From: Synergistales bacterium
GTDB taxonomy: Bacteria > Synergistota > Synergistia > Synergistales > JAFGMB01
Assembly: GCA_963666205.1 (NCBI GenBank)
Contig: OY762654.1
Span: forward strand, 1,696,001-1,760,000
Length of the DNA: 64,000 nt
Reading direction: 5' to 3'
Below the pieces are notes generated by a model. The model ran no database searches, was not told the origin of the DNA, and was given only the letters and a program-made list of their open reading frames with translations. This document shows positions 27,481 to 38,100 of this stretch, one piece after another; the first letter of the stretch is position 1, and each line of letters opens with the position of its first letter. Made by a program: the position numbers and the translations under genes.

Positions 27481-29646
27481 CTATTCCTCCTCTCCCAGGT
27501 AATTCCATCCTCCTTCATGGCTCATCATAAGAGCCTGGGAATCAATAGGGATGCTTCCATCCCTGAGAACCTTTTCATAGTTCCCATCGCTTTTAAGGCG
27601 TCTTCCCTTTACGTTGTCTTTCAGGTGGATCTCCAGTATCTCCGAATAGATCCTGTTTCTTAGGTTTGGATTTTCGATGGGTGTAAGGACCTCTATCCTT
27701 CTGTCCAGGTTGCGGGGCATAAGGTCTGCACTTCCAATGTACATCTCATCCCTGCCCCCATTGCGGAAATAGAATATACGGATATGTTCGAGAAAACGCC
27801 CCACGATGGAGGTTATCCTGACGTTGTCGCTTATTCCTTCAATACAGGGGACAAGACAGCAGATACCCCTGATCTGAAGATCTATCTTTACCCCGGCCAT
27901 GGAGGCTCTGTAAAGGGCCTTTATACATTGTTTATCCACCAGCTGATTCATCTTCATGGCTATAAAGCCATTACCTTCCTCAAGGTGTCTTTCTATTTCC
28001 CGATCTATCCGTTTTATGATCTCATTCCTGGTGGATGTGGGAGAAACCAGGAGTTTCCTGTAGTTTTCCTTGTAGGAGTAGCCTGTCATGGCGTTGAAAA
28101 GATCTGTTACATCCGCGCAGATATCGGGGTCACAGGTGAAGAAACCCATGTCAGTGTATATTTTTGCCGTATCTGGGTTGTAGTTACCAGTTCCTATGTG
28201 AACGTATCTTTTAACACCCGTTGATTCCTTTCTAAGGATGAGACACAGCTTGGCATGGATCTTGTAACCTGCAAATCCGTAGACAACATGAACGCCTGCT
28301 TCTTCAAGGGCACGGGCCCAGGTTATATTCTGTTCCTCGTCAAACCTGGCTTTTAATTCCACCATTACAGTAACCTGTTTACCATTTTTACGGGCTTCCA
28401 TAAGAGCTTTGACTATGGGGGAATTGCTTCCAACCCTGTAAAGAGTCTGTTTGATGGCCAGAACCTTCGGGTCTCTGGCAGCTTTGCGGACAAATTCAAG
28501 GACGGGGGAAAAACTGTCATAAGGGTGGTAAAGGATTATGTCATTTTCCCTGATCATTGGGTGAAGAGAAGAACCTTCTATCAGGGGGGCAGGTATACGG
28601 GGAATATAGGGACTGTATTTCAGATCGGGCCTGTCAACGCCATAGAGCCTTAGAAAGTCGGAAAAAGCCAGGGGGATCTTTGATTTATATATCTGAAAGG
28701 GAGCAAGTTGTAGCCTTTTCATCAGGAACCTGTACATATCCGAGGGCATGCCGGTTTTTATCTCCAGGCGGATAGCCTCTCCGAAGCTTCTCTTCTCCAC
28801 GTAGTCTTCAACTGCCTCAAGAAGGTCGTGAGCCTCATCTTCCTCAATTTCAATATCAGTATTCCTGGTGACCCTGAAGGTTGAGGCATTGAGCACCTCA
28901 AGGCCCGGGAAAAGCATACCCAGATGCTGCATAATTAGATCTTCCACCAGTATTATCTCGTTGCTCCGGACATTTACCGAAAAACCGAGGTTCGTATAGG
29001 TCTTGGCTTCCTTGTTACGGGGTATGAAGACAAAACGGGACAGGTTTTTGGGGATCTTGACCCTGGCAAATTTCACCCCGCTGTATGGATCGCGAAGCTG
29101 GACCAGGAAGTTGAGACTGAGGCCCGAGATCCTGGGAAAGGGGCGTCCGGGATCGATGGCCTGTGGGGTAAGGACGGGATATACCTCATCCTCGAAATAT
29201 CTTTTCAGAAAAACTTTATGTTTATCCGTAAGGTTCTTATAGCTGGTGATATGTATATTGGCATCATGGAGAGCCGGGCTCATCTCTTTGTTCCAGTAAT
29301 CCTGGGCCAGTGCCAGCTGTGGGATAAGTTTTTTCCTTATGAGGGTAAGCTGTTTCGCAGGGGAGAACATATCAGGGGAGGAACTGCCTACCCCCTCCTT
29401 GTACTGACGCACCAGGCCTGCGATTCTGACCATGAAGAACTCATCGATGTTGTTGAAGAAAATTCCCAGGAAGTTAAGTTTCTCCAGGAGCGGGTTCGAA
29501 ATTTCCATGGCTTCCTCAAGGACCTTGTAGTTGAAGTCAAGCCAGTTGATCTCCCTGTTAAGATATAGTCTCGGGTCGTCCAGATCTACTATGGGATTTT
29601 CTTTTTCAACGGTTTTCAGGGAATCCTTCTCCTTTTTATGGGTCAT
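27481..29646 (-). CDS. ppk1: Polyphosphate kinase 1
   Basis: YLNREINWLDFN, HPYDSF, IKQTLYR, KIHAK, GRFLEH, SADLMPRNLDRRIE. Confidence 0.97.
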   Translation of the reverse strand: MTHKKEKDSLKTVEKENPIVDLDDPRLYLNREINWLDFNYKVLEEAMEISNPLLEKLNFLGIFFNNIDEFFMVRIAGLVRQYKEGVGSSSPDMFSPAKQLTLIRKKLIPQLALAQDYWNKEMSPALHDANIHITSYKNLTDKHKVFLKRYFEDEVYPVLTPQAIDPGRPFPRISGLSLNFLVQLRDPYSGVKFARVKIPKNLSRFVFIPRNKEAKTYTNLGFSVNVRSNEIILVEDLIMQHLGMLFPGLEVLNASTFRVTRNTDIEIEEDEAHDLLEAVEDYVEKRSFGEAIRLEIKTGMPSDMYRFLMKRLQLAPFQIYKSKIPLAFSDFLRLYGVDRPDLKYSPYIPRIPAPLIEGSSLHPMIRENDIILYHPYDSFSPVLEFVRKAARDPKVLAIKQTLYRVGSNSPIVKALMEARKNGKQVTVMVELKARFDEEQNITWARALEEAGVHVVYGFAGYKIHAKLCLILRKESTGVKRYVHIGTGNYNPDTAKIYTDMGFFTCDPDICADVTDLFNAMTGYSYKENYRKLLVSPTSTRNEIIKRIDREIERHLEEGNGFIAMKMNQLVDKQCIKALYRASMAGVKIDLQIRGICCLVPCIEGISDNVRITSIVGRFLEHIRIFYFRNGGRDEMYIGSADLMPRNLDRRIEVLTPIENPNLRNRIYSEILEIHLKDNVKGRRLKSDGNYEKVLRDGSIPIDSQALMMSHEGGWNYLGEEE

Positions 29647-29754
29647 GCTGGAACCTCCAATTGCTTTATTTATATAGATAGATATCCTTATAAAAACAAG
29701 TTAGCATTATATAGTTAATCTATTATAGCGCTATATTAATTCGATTAAAATACA

Positions 29755-29785
29755 CCCAGCGGCAGGCTTAAGCCTGCCGCTGGGT
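29755..29785. terminator. Intrinsic terminator-like hairpin
   Basis: CCCAGCGGCAGGC-TTAA-GCCTGCCGCTGGG perfect inverted repeat. Confidence 0.75.
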
Positions 29786-29820
29786 ACAAAGAGGGAAAAC
29801 AATTGCTTCAAGGAGGCGCT

Positions 29821-30693
29821 TTATTGGATCAAGTCCTTGGCTAAGGAGCTTTCTGTGATAATAACAGGCTCGGACATATGATGTCGGACCAGCGGTTCCA
29901 AGGTTCCCTTCTGTCTGTAGGCCATTTCCCCATCAGCAGTTATTATGGGAATACCCTGTTTTTCAGGTCCGAACCATCTGATAACCTCGAAAGTTCCATC
30001 CATATGTTCAACCAGGGCAGAGCAGGTCTCTACCCAGTCACCCGTATTGAAGTAGCTGATATTTCCCACTTTCCGGAGGGCAGGACGGTGAATATGACCG
30101 CAGATTATTCCGTCCACTCCATTTTTATCTGCTGTCTTAAGGAGGTAATCTTCGTATGTTCCTATGTATTTCACAGCATCCTTTACCTTGTGTTTCATGT
30201 ACTGCGAAAGGGACCAGTATTCCCTTCCGAGGATCGACCTGAGTCTGTTAAAACCGCAGTTGACCCATAGGGCAACATCATAGGCATAATCTCCGAGAGT
30301 TGAAAGCCAGCGGTTGTATTTCACTACAATGTCGTATTCATCTCCATGAACCACAAGAAATTTACGCCCATCCAGTGATGTGTAGAAAGCCTTTTTACAG
30401 ATCTTGATATGTCCAAAGCTGTACTGATCGAACTCGTCCATAAATTCGTCATGATTTCCGGAAATATAGGTAATTTCAGTGTTTTTTGACATCTTGAGAA
30501 GTTTCTGGATTACCTTGTTATGAGACTGGGGCCACTTTGATCTTCTTTTTAGCTTCCATCCGTCTATGATGTCTCCCACAAGGTATAATTCTTCGCATTG
30601 TATGGAGGATAGGAAAGAGGAAAGGTATTTCGCTTTGCACCATCTGCTACCGAGGTGAGTGTCAGAAATGAATACCGAACGGAATTTCATCAT
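29821..30693 (-). CDS. LpxH-like metallophosphoesterase (paralog of 9028..9777)
   Basis: FRSVFISDTHLG, GDIIDGW, GNHD, HGD, CGHIH, NTGDW. Confidence 0.88.
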   Translation of the reverse strand: MMKFRSVFISDTHLGSRWCKAKYLSSFLSSIQCEELYLVGDIIDGWKLKRRSKWPQSHNKVIQKLLKMSKNTEITYISGNHDEFMDEFDQYSFGHIKICKKAFYTSLDGRKFLVVHGDEYDIVVKYNRWLSTLGDYAYDVALWVNCGFNRLRSILGREYWSLSQYMKHKVKDAVKYIGTYEDYLLKTADKNGVDGIICGHIHRPALRKVGNISYFNTGDWVETCSALVEHMDGTFEVIRWFGPEKQGIPIITADGEMAYRQKGTLEPLVRHHMSEPVIITESSLAKDLIQ

Positions 30694-31862
30694 ATCACTC
30701 CTGTCCCTGTGGGTGTCCTTTCCCTGTCAGGCAGGTGGAATATTCCTTCAACTTTAGAAAGATCACGGCGGATAACTCTTTTTACGATGTTGGAAGATGC
30801 CATTGGCCGAGCCAGTTCGCTGCATCTGTTTTTCATTTTTTCGATTTTTTCCGGATAGTGGAATAGTTGGCTTATCCTGTTAAGGACATCTTTGATATCT
30901 TCGCAGAGGCAGCCGGCCCCCTGGCTGTCCAGAAATATCGCGTTCTTGGTCTCCTGAAATGGTATGGGGGAGAAGAGGATCATGGGAAGCTGAGCGCAAA
31001 GGGCCTCGGAAATAGTAAGACCACCCGGCTTGGTTATCATCAGATCTGCCTTTGTCATCAGCTCATCCATATTATCCACGAAGCCGTGAATATTTATTCT
31101 GACGGGAGGACAGCTGATGAAATCCTTGAGCTTGTCGAAGAGAGCCTCATTTCTCCCGGTTATTATTTCAAGATCAAGGGGAAGTTCAAGATCGTTCAGC
31201 CCTTCGAGAATGGAAAATACTTTTTTGTCGGAGATGGAGCTACCTGAAAAGAGGATCCGCAGTCTTGAATCCCTGGGACCGCTTTTCCTTGGCAAGTTGC
31301 TGAATTTTGAATTCACAGGTATACCGGTAATATTGATCTTTTCTTCATCAACACCCAGATGTATAAGTTTATCCCTTATGTTTCTGTTGGCCACGAAGTA
31401 TTCATCAACTCCATGGCAAAACCACATGAGATGGAGGTCAAAATCAGTTATACAGCTATAAACCTGGCCAGAATAAAGACCTCGAGTTTTCATCTTTGCA
31501 AGAATAGCCTGGGGCAGAAAATGAGTGCAGATAACGGCAGGAGGGTCATTATCCGTTATAAAGCTTCTGAACTGGTTAAGACTTATCTCGCTCAACCGAT
31601 CTACCAGCTTGACAAGGTTGCTTTCCTCTCTGTCCTGATCAGTGAGTTTATATATGGCTCCGCAGCTTGAGTGAGAGTGTTCACCGATGACCTCGTAGAT
31701 ATTTGAATAGATCATTCTGAAAACCCTGTCGGAGAAATTAAGAACATCCACCGTTACGCAAGGTTTATCTTCTCTTTCGAAGGCTTCCTTCAGCGACATG
31801 GAAGCTGACCTGTGTCCATTTCCTGCTGTTACATAAGGCAAAAGAAAAGGTTTCATTTTCAT
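30690..31862 (-). CDS. MGDG synthase / UgtP-family glycosyltransferase (GT28)
   Basis: GNGH, ICTHF, ITDF..H, TGIPV, GFVDNM, ITKPGGLTISEA, QE..NA. Confidence 0.88.
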   Translation of the reverse strand: MKMKPFLLPYVTAGNGHRSASMSLKEAFEREDKPCVTVDVLNFSDRVFRMIYSNIYEVIGEHSHSSCGAIYKLTDQDREESNLVKLVDRLSEISLNQFRSFITDNDPPAVICTHFLPQAILAKMKTRGLYSGQVYSCITDFDLHLMWFCHGVDEYFVANRNIRDKLIHLGVDEEKINITGIPVNSKFSNLPRKSGPRDSRLRILFSGSSISDKKVFSILEGLNDLELPLDLEIITGRNEALFDKLKDFISCPPVRINIHGFVDNMDELMTKADLMITKPGGLTISEALCAQLPMILFSPIPFQETKNAIFLDSQGAGCLCEDIKDVLNRISQLFHYPEKIEKMKNRCSELARPMASSNIVKRVIRRDLSKVEGIFHLPDRERTPTGTGVI

Positions 31863-32083
31863 CTTCCTTTGTTTATTCTTGGGTTAAATTTAACTCATTG
31901 TGGTAACAGGAATATGAATTTCAGGTAACAAAAAGGTTACAGTCCAGCTTAAAGAAATTTATGGTTTACGAACCTTCTTTTTACAGGAAATGGCCTTAAG
32001 GATCATTGCAATTGCTTCTACATAGCGATAAAATATTAAAGTAATAAATAGTACTGTGATTTATGTTAGAAAGGCATGATCGA

Positions 32084-32932
32084 ATGAAAAGGCTGATTTC
32101 TGTCATTGTGTCTGTATATCTTCTATCTGTATTTTTAACTGTGCCCTCTTTTTCGAAAGAGAGTCCAGATGTGGATGTTTCTGTACCATGGTCCTGGATG
32201 TACAGTCCCATATCTGCTGTAAATGAAGGGTTCCAGATAATTTCATTCGAGGGGAACAACAAAGTAGACCTTTTCCTTATTCCTCTTCAGAGACAGGTGG
32301 GAAATATCCCTGAAATCTGGCATTTAGGCCTTTCCATGAAGAAGGGGGATAAACTTGCCTTTGGTATTTCCTGGACTCCGGGATTGATTGAAGATGAAAT
32401 GAAGGGCCCCCGGGATGAGAATTTAATCGAAAACAGGATCCCCTGGGGAACCTATGGGGCAATGGCCTGGAAAGAAAGTATGGAGATCCCACAAACCCTT
32501 CATTGGGGTATCTTTTACAGACCGGAATCAGATCTTCTTGCCGAAGCAGGTCTTTCCTATACACAATGGAGCAGATACAGCACGGATAATAATTTCTCCT
32601 TTAATTACGGAAATCAGTCACTTCAGGATACACTGGGTATTCAGCTTGGTCTGATTTACAGCCTGAATCAGACCATGAATATTCAGGCAGGTTACATTTT
32701 TGATCCGTCGCCAATTGGCGGAGGTTCTTCCTTTCGGGGATATACCCCCTATGACAGACACATTCTTCGATTCGGGACCGGATACAGGAGGGGGGAACTT
32801 GACATGAGTCTTTCATACATGTTTTTACTCTATGAGAACAGCGGTCAGCAGACTGGTAGCTCTGCTTCTGACCCCTTCATGGACGAGGAGGATGCCAGCC
32901 AGCTGGAACTGAAGGTTCAATACAGGTTTTAG
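32084..32932 (+). CDS. Outer-membrane beta-barrel protein, OmpP1/FadL-like
   Basis: Signal peptide, YTQWS, AGYIFDPSP, alternating beta strands and C-terminal YRF. Confidence 0.6.
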   Translation: MKRLISVIVSVYLLSVFLTVPSFSKESPDVDVSVPWSWMYSPISAVNEGFQIISFEGNNKVDLFLIPLQRQVGNIPEIWHLGLSMKKGDKLAFGISWTPGLIEDEMKGPRDENLIENRIPWGTYGAMAWKESMEIPQTLHWGIFYRPESDLLAEAGLSYTQWSRYSTDNNFSFNYGNQSLQDTLGIQLGLIYSLNQTMNIQAGYIFDPSPIGGGSSFRGYTPYDRHILRFGTGYRRGELDMSLSYMFLLYENSGQQTGSSASDPFMDEEDASQLELKVQYRF

Positions 32933-33067
32933 AAATATCCTTCCACCCCTACCTTTCAAGATAAGGTAAAAACAAAATAACAATTTGCAAAACAAGAAAA
33001 TATAAGTATAATACCTCGTATATAAAGGTAATAAAGTTCTTATTACTATTTAAGCGAGGTATTTAAT

Positions 33068-33535
33068 ATGGATTACATCGACAGACAGATCCTGAAAGAA
33101 CTTATTAGCAATGGAAGGGTAACCCTGGCGGAACTGTCGGAAAAGCTGGGTCTTTCTTCTCCAAGTCTCTCGGAGAGGATAAGAAAGCTTGAAAGAAAGA
33201 AGATTATCAAGGGTTTTACCGCCATTATCGATCCTGAAAAGACAGGTTCCCCCCTTCTTTCCTTTCTTGCTGTTACCCTGGAAAAACCTTCTGATCGGGG
33301 GATCTTTCTTAAACTTGTTTCTGAAATGGATGAAGTCCTCGAATGTCACCATATAGCAGGTGATTTTGATTATCTTATCAAGGTAAGGTGCAGAAATACG
33401 GCCCATCTTGAAGACATAATAAGCAACAGGCTCAAATCACTTGAAGGAGTGGTCCGCACAAGGACAATGATAGCCCTTTCCAGCGTCAGGGAAATTTCTT
33501 TTCAGCCCACGGAAGGACCGGAAGAAGATCTATGA
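33068..33535 (+). CDS. Lrp/AsnC family regulator
   Basis: MDYIDRQIL..L..NGR..LAELS..LGLS...ERIRKLE; ECHHIAGDFDY. Confidence 0.93.
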   Translation: MDYIDRQILKELISNGRVTLAELSEKLGLSSPSLSERIRKLERKKIIKGFTAIIDPEKTGSPLLSFLAVTLEKPSDRGIFLKLVSEMDEVLECHHIAGDFDYLIKVRCRNTAHLEDIISNRLKSLEGVVRTRTMIALSSVREISFQPTEGPEEDL

Positions 33536-34167
33536 TACCTGTCAGCATGGTGTTTCTGTTTTTCAAGGGAGCCGTCATGGGTTTTTCCATAGCTGCTCCT
33601 GTGGGGCCCATCGGAGTTCTATGTATAAGAAGGACTATTTCTCATGGAATGCTTAACGGACTGGTTTCCGGCCTGGGAGCAGCAACGGCCGACGGGTGTT
33701 ACGGAATTATCGCAGCAGCGGGCCTTACCACCCTTTCTTCTCTTCTCGTTGATAATCAGGTTCTTTTAAGAGTTGCAGGAGGTGCCTTTCTTCTTTACCT
33801 TGGCATAAAAACCCTTTTTTCAAAACCCTCAATTACAGCTTCCGGAGATGACAGGCCCCAGCCCGGGCAACTTGTTAAAGCCTATTCATCCATCTTTGCC
33901 CTCACCATAACCAATCCTATGACCATAATAAGTTTTACAGCCATATTCGCAGGTCTGGGCATTGGCTCTTCTGCTGGAAGCATAGGCGGTGCTGTGATAA
34001 TGGTGGCCGGGGTGTTTTCCGGTTCAGCTGCATGGTGGCTGATCCTCAGCGGTTCCTTTGGTCTTGTCCGAAGGAAGGTAAACCGGGGAATGATGCTCTG
34101 GGTCAACAGGGTGTCGGGGGTAGTTATCAGCACCTTCGGGGTGCTTGCCATAGCTTCTCTTTTGTAG
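33532..34167 (+). CDS. LysE/RhtB family exporter
   Basis: AAPVGPIG, GAATAD, LTITNP; hydrophobic. Confidence 0.9.
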   Translation: MIPVSMVFLFFKGAVMGFSIAAPVGPIGVLCIRRTISHGMLNGLVSGLGAATADGCYGIIAAAGLTTLSSLLVDNQVLLRVAGGAFLLYLGIKTLFSKPSITASGDDRPQPGQLVKAYSSIFALTITNPMTIISFTAIFAGLGIGSSAGSIGGAVIMVAGVFSGSAAWWLILSGSFGLVRRKVNRGMMLWVNRVSGVVISTFGVLAIASLL

Positions 34168-34182
34168 GATGGGTTTGATGCC

Positions 34183-34220
34183 TTTTAATCCAAAATCCAA
34201 AATCGGCAATCTAAAATCGA
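34183..34220 (-). repeat. Inverted copy of the GATTTT-heptamer core of the array repeat
   Basis: Reverse complement reads TCGATTTTAGATTGCCGATTTTGGATTTTGGATTAAAA. Confidence 0.88.
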
Positions 34221-34559
34221 TTCACCCCAGGGGATGCAGAGGTTTCGCAGAGTACCGCCGAGGAAAATCCGCCAAAACCCATTAAATAAACCGAAGGCGG
34301 GCGGACCTTCGGCCCTTAAAACTCACTGTTCTACTGTGCAAAATGGTGAACCCGATTTTGCACGAGAAAACATTAACTTCTCTTTCCAGGGTGGAATGCA
34401 GCTCATCAGGTAAGTTGTGATTTTGATGTTTAATTCAAAATCACACTTGTCCAAAAGCTATTCTGGACAAGTGTGGGAACAGGGCACCATTCCCTGGATG
34501 AAATTATCTTTATTGAGTGATATGTGATATTTTGTAGAAAATATTTTCTGAAGGAGGCC

Positions 34560-35207
34560 ATGGGCATGAACGAATTTATAGAGTGGCATAATGAAATAAC
34601 TGGCGAAACAGTTGTTAAAGCCCTTACTGGAAATGGTTTTTCTGCAACCTATTGCAAGACGGCAAAAGAAGCTGCCACAGCGATTCTTGATCAGATCCCT
34701 AATGAAGCAACAGTGGGTATGGGTGGTTCATGGACTGTAGGTGAATTGGGTTTGCCGGATGAACTTGCTGCACGAGGCAACAAAGTTCTGAATCATGGTA
34801 AAGCCGGATTGAGTAAGGAGGAAAAAAATGAGATCAGGCGGCAACAGCTTACCTGTGACGTTTTTCTGACAGGAACTAATGCTGTCACAATGGATGGAGA
34901 AATGATAAACGTGGATGGAACGGGCAACAGGGTCGCAGCAATGATCTATGGTCCCCACAAAGTCATTGTTGTGGTTGGCATTAACAAGATCGTGCAGAAT
35001 CTGACAGCGGCGATGGAGAGGATACAATCAATTGCTGCTCCGATCAATAACAAGCGTCTCGGATTGCCCAATCCTTGTACAAAGACTGGAGAATGTATGG
35101 ATTGCCAGGGGCCGACCAGGATTTGCAATGTGACGACTATTCTGCACAAACAGCCATTACTGTCTGATATTCACGTGTTTATCGTGGGTGAAAACCTGGG
35201 GTTCTAG
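34560..35207 (+). CDS. LUD-domain (LutC/YkgG-like) protein
   Basis: GGS.T, NAVTMDG..INVDGTGNRVAA, PCTKTGECMDC..RIC. Confidence 0.85.
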   Translation: MGMNEFIEWHNEITGETVVKALTGNGFSATYCKTAKEAATAILDQIPNEATVGMGGSWTVGELGLPDELAARGNKVLNHGKAGLSKEEKNEIRRQQLTCDVFLTGTNAVTMDGEMINVDGTGNRVAAMIYGPHKVIVVVGINKIVQNLTAAMERIQSIAAPINNKRLGLPNPCTKTGECMDCQGPTRICNVTTILHKQPLLSDIHVFIVGENLGF

Positions 35208-35481
35208 AATATAAATGAAAATATCAGTCCATAAAATGAAGAGGCTGTTTTGATAGACCGTACTGGCGAAAGCAGGCCCCCTATTTCTCAGGGAATAGCT
35301 TGAACAATAGGGGGCAGGTCTTTCGTGAACGGTTCTGTAGTATTAGCACAGAGGATTTAGATCCCCTTTGAAAAATAAAATGCCCTGGAGGACGTAAGTT
35401 TTTTTCTGTCCTTTCTCTCTTAACCCGAAATCCAGAAAAGACAATCCCAAATATCCGGTTCGTCGGATATTTCAATATGGG

Positions 35482-35510
35482 TTGGACTTCTGATGGGAAA
35501 GGCGTATAAT
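35482..35510 (+). promoter_or_regulatory. Sigma70 promoter of the tRNA gene
   Basis: TTGGAC-N17-TATAAT. Confidence 0.7.
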
Positions 35511-35548
35511 TGGCGGGCTGTTGCAGGTTATCAAAACAACATGGATAT

Positions 35549-35624
<76 letters not shown>

Positions 35625-35633
35625 AATCAATAC

Positions 35634-35664
35634 AGGGGTTCTGTCGGATGACGGAACCCCTTTT
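35634..35664 (+). terminator. tRNA terminator
   Basis: AGGGGTTCTGTC-GGAT-GACGGAACCCCT-TTT. Confidence 0.85.
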
Positions 35665-35804
35665 CCAGTTTAATCCTTGTCCACTAATTCCATACACCTA
35701 ATACACGAGGCCTTGCACGTGCGGTTTTGCAATACTATTCATGGAGCTGAACATTCCTTAATAAAAGATGACCCTAAGCTCATTTGGTGGACTATTGCCC
35801 TTGC

Positions 35805-35841
35805 TTTTAATACAAAATCCAAAATTGACGATCTAAAATCG
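35805..35841 (-). repeat. Degenerate inverted copy of the heptamer core
   Basis: Reverse complement reads CGATTTTAGATCGTCAATTTTGGATTTTGTATTAAAA. Confidence 0.75.
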
Positions 35842-36139
35842 TCAGTGTCAGCCATTGATTTTAACCTTATGTATGCAATAATGATGATTACTCCCAATCT
35901 ATTGAATACTCCATTGAACTCTATCTTCTTTTAATATAGATTAATCCGGTGAGATATATTACTTTGAGGGACTGGATATTTCCCAAAGTGACCCTTCACA
36001 ACATGGCAAGCTTTGATGGATATCCGGAACAGGCCAGGGATTTGCCCGAGGCTCTTTTCAATTTCTATGAATTGAGTTTTTGCTGAAAGACGGCAGGGAA
36101 TTGATGACGGATTCTTAAACAGAGAAAGGAGAACATACA

Positions 36140-37081
36140 GTGAAAGCCAAAAGAGGAAAATATGTAGAAAAGCAGATATATCTTTATAATATCAGGATAC
36201 ATAAAGGGTCTTTCGGGCTTATGGTCTGTTTGACAGCCCTGTTTCTGGTTCTCTGGGTCTCGGGAGCACAGGCTCAATGGCCTGGCGTTGTGCCTTCCAG
36301 AGATGGGACACCCATTTCCTACGAGACCTATGGGGCCGGTGAACCTACCCTTGTATTCGTCCACGGCTGGAGTTGCGACAGCCGCTACTGGAGAGAGCAG
36401 ATTCCCTGTTTCTCAAGGAATAATCGTGTTGTCCTTCTGGATCTTGCCGGTCACGGGCACTCTGGTTCCGATCGTTCAGGGTATACCATGAGGGCTTTCG
36501 GAGAAGATGTTCAGTCGGTGGTAAATGTTATCGGCGGCGGGAGTGTCATCCTGATCGGGCATTCCATGGGCGGATCTGTCATTGCTGAAGCTGCCCGGCT
36601 TATGCCGGACCGGGTTCTGGGGCTGATAGGTATAGATACCCTCGAGAATGTGGAATATCCACTGACCCGTGAAGAGCTGGATCAGATGCTGTCAGCTTTT
36701 AAACAGGATTTCAAAGCCGGAACCAGGCATTTTGTGGAAAACATGATCCTGCCTGGAACTGAACCTTTGCTCAGGGAATGGATCATTTCTGATATGTCTG
36801 CTGCTCCGCCTGCTGTTGCCCTGAGCGCTATTGAAGAGATGATGACCCAGTACATTACAGGTGAAGCTGCAGGGATATTTGAAGAAATACCGATTCCCGT
36901 TGTGACAGTGAATGGGAGTCTCTGGCCTGTTAACGTTGAAGCGAACAGGAAGCATATGTTTTCTTTCGATGCCATTGTTCTCGATGATGCGGACCATTTC
37001 CTGATGCTGAACCAGGCGGAAAAATTCAACAAAGCACTTGAGGATGCAATTGATATGGTAGTGAAAAAGCGACTGAAATAG
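36140..37081 (+). CDS. Secreted alpha/beta hydrolase (start uncertain)
   Basis: FVHGW, DLAGHG.S, GHSMGG nucleophile elbow, C-terminal HF. Confidence 0.9.
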   Translation: MKAKRGKYVEKQIYLYNIRIHKGSFGLMVCLTALFLVLWVSGAQAQWPGVVPSRDGTPISYETYGAGEPTLVFVHGWSCDSRYWREQIPCFSRNNRVVLLDLAGHGHSGSDRSGYTMRAFGEDVQSVVNVIGGGSVILIGHSMGGSVIAEAARLMPDRVLGLIGIDTLENVEYPLTREELDQMLSAFKQDFKAGTRHFVENMILPGTEPLLREWIISDMSAAPPAVALSAIEEMMTQYITGEAAGIFEEIPIPVVTVNGSLWPVNVEANRKHMFSFDAIVLDDADHFLMLNQAEKFNKALEDAIDMVVKKRLK

Positions 37082-37226
37082 AAATATTCTTATACAAGCC
37101 AGATTCCTGTCTTTGCTTTTATTCCTAAATTGTCAGGGTCAGAGTTCAGTAAGGCCTATTAGAAGTTTTTACTATAGCCCAAGCCCATTTCAAAGCCTGG
37201 TTGTTCATTGCAAGTTCCTATGAAGG

Positions 37227-37646
37227 TTAGCCGATTTGCTGGTCTTCCTGTTTGACATCAGCACCCTTTTCGATGAATAACTTTCTCAGCACTGATATAT
37301 GACAGTGTTCTTCATTTTCACAGTAACATCCTACAGAGAAGCTGGTCTGATGGGAAAGGGCGACTAAAAGTTCCAGGAGGTGGCTTTTTTCTGGTTTTGC
37401 CAATTCTGCACGGTATTTCCTTTTGAAGGCCATCCAGTCTTTTTCAGTCTTTGCGCTCTTTCCGAACTTCATTGTCTCAAGGCTCGGAGCAAGGTTCGGA
37501 AACCGGACATCGTACCAGTTCTTTGAGCTGAAATCTGCCTTTGATACTCCACGAGGGGGACGATTGACTATACCTATTCTAAGGCCTTCCCCTTCTACCC
37601 GCTCACTTCCCAGTCTTACAATACGAATGGACATGGCTACCTCCAT
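37227..37646 (-). CDS. DUF488 family protein
   Basis: EGLRIGIVNRPPRGVSK, LAPS, F.RKYRAEL, CYCENEEHCH. Confidence 0.8.
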   Translation of the reverse strand: MEVAMSIRIVRLGSERVEGEGLRIGIVNRPPRGVSKADFSSKNWYDVRFPNLAPSLETMKFGKSAKTEKDWMAFKRKYRAELAKPEKSHLLELLVALSHQTSFSVGCYCENEEHCHISVLRKLFIEKGADVKQEDQQIG

Positions 37647-37711
37647 AAAAATTAAGCCTCTTCTCCGGAAATGAACAAAATCTTCTTAAGAAACAGGCTG
37701 GATTTATCTTG

Positions 37712-38100
37712 TTAATAATCGATGTTAAATCGGAATCCGAAAACAGGCAGCTTTCCCTGCATAAAATCAAGGTCTGCCGATCTCCTGAACCCCATATCTT
37801 CATACATTTTCCACGCTACCTGCATAAATTTTGTGGAATGTATTATCTATCACCTGGCTCCTTTTATTCCGCCTGTCTTTTTCAAGGCACTCAATGGTCA
37901 GTCCTTTTCCCATTCCCTCTCCCCTATGGGATGGATCAACAGTCAGAACCTGAAACCTGCAGCATTTTTCTCACTGGTTGCAGTACCGCCTGGTGCGTAA
38001 TATTTCATATCATTGAAATACACTACAGCCTCTACTCTCTTTCCAGTTGTTGAAACCGCTGCCAGAAGTCCCGGGTCCACTTCCGGTAGCACCGGATAAA
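37712..38100 (-). pseudogene. GNAT acetyltransferase pseudogene
   Basis: AVVYFNDMKYY...NAAGFR / frameshift near 37947 / LTVDPSHRGEGMGKGL (acetyl-CoA motif A) / stops TGA-TAG at 37847-37852 / IIHSTKFMQVAWKMYEDMGF. Confidence 0.85.
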
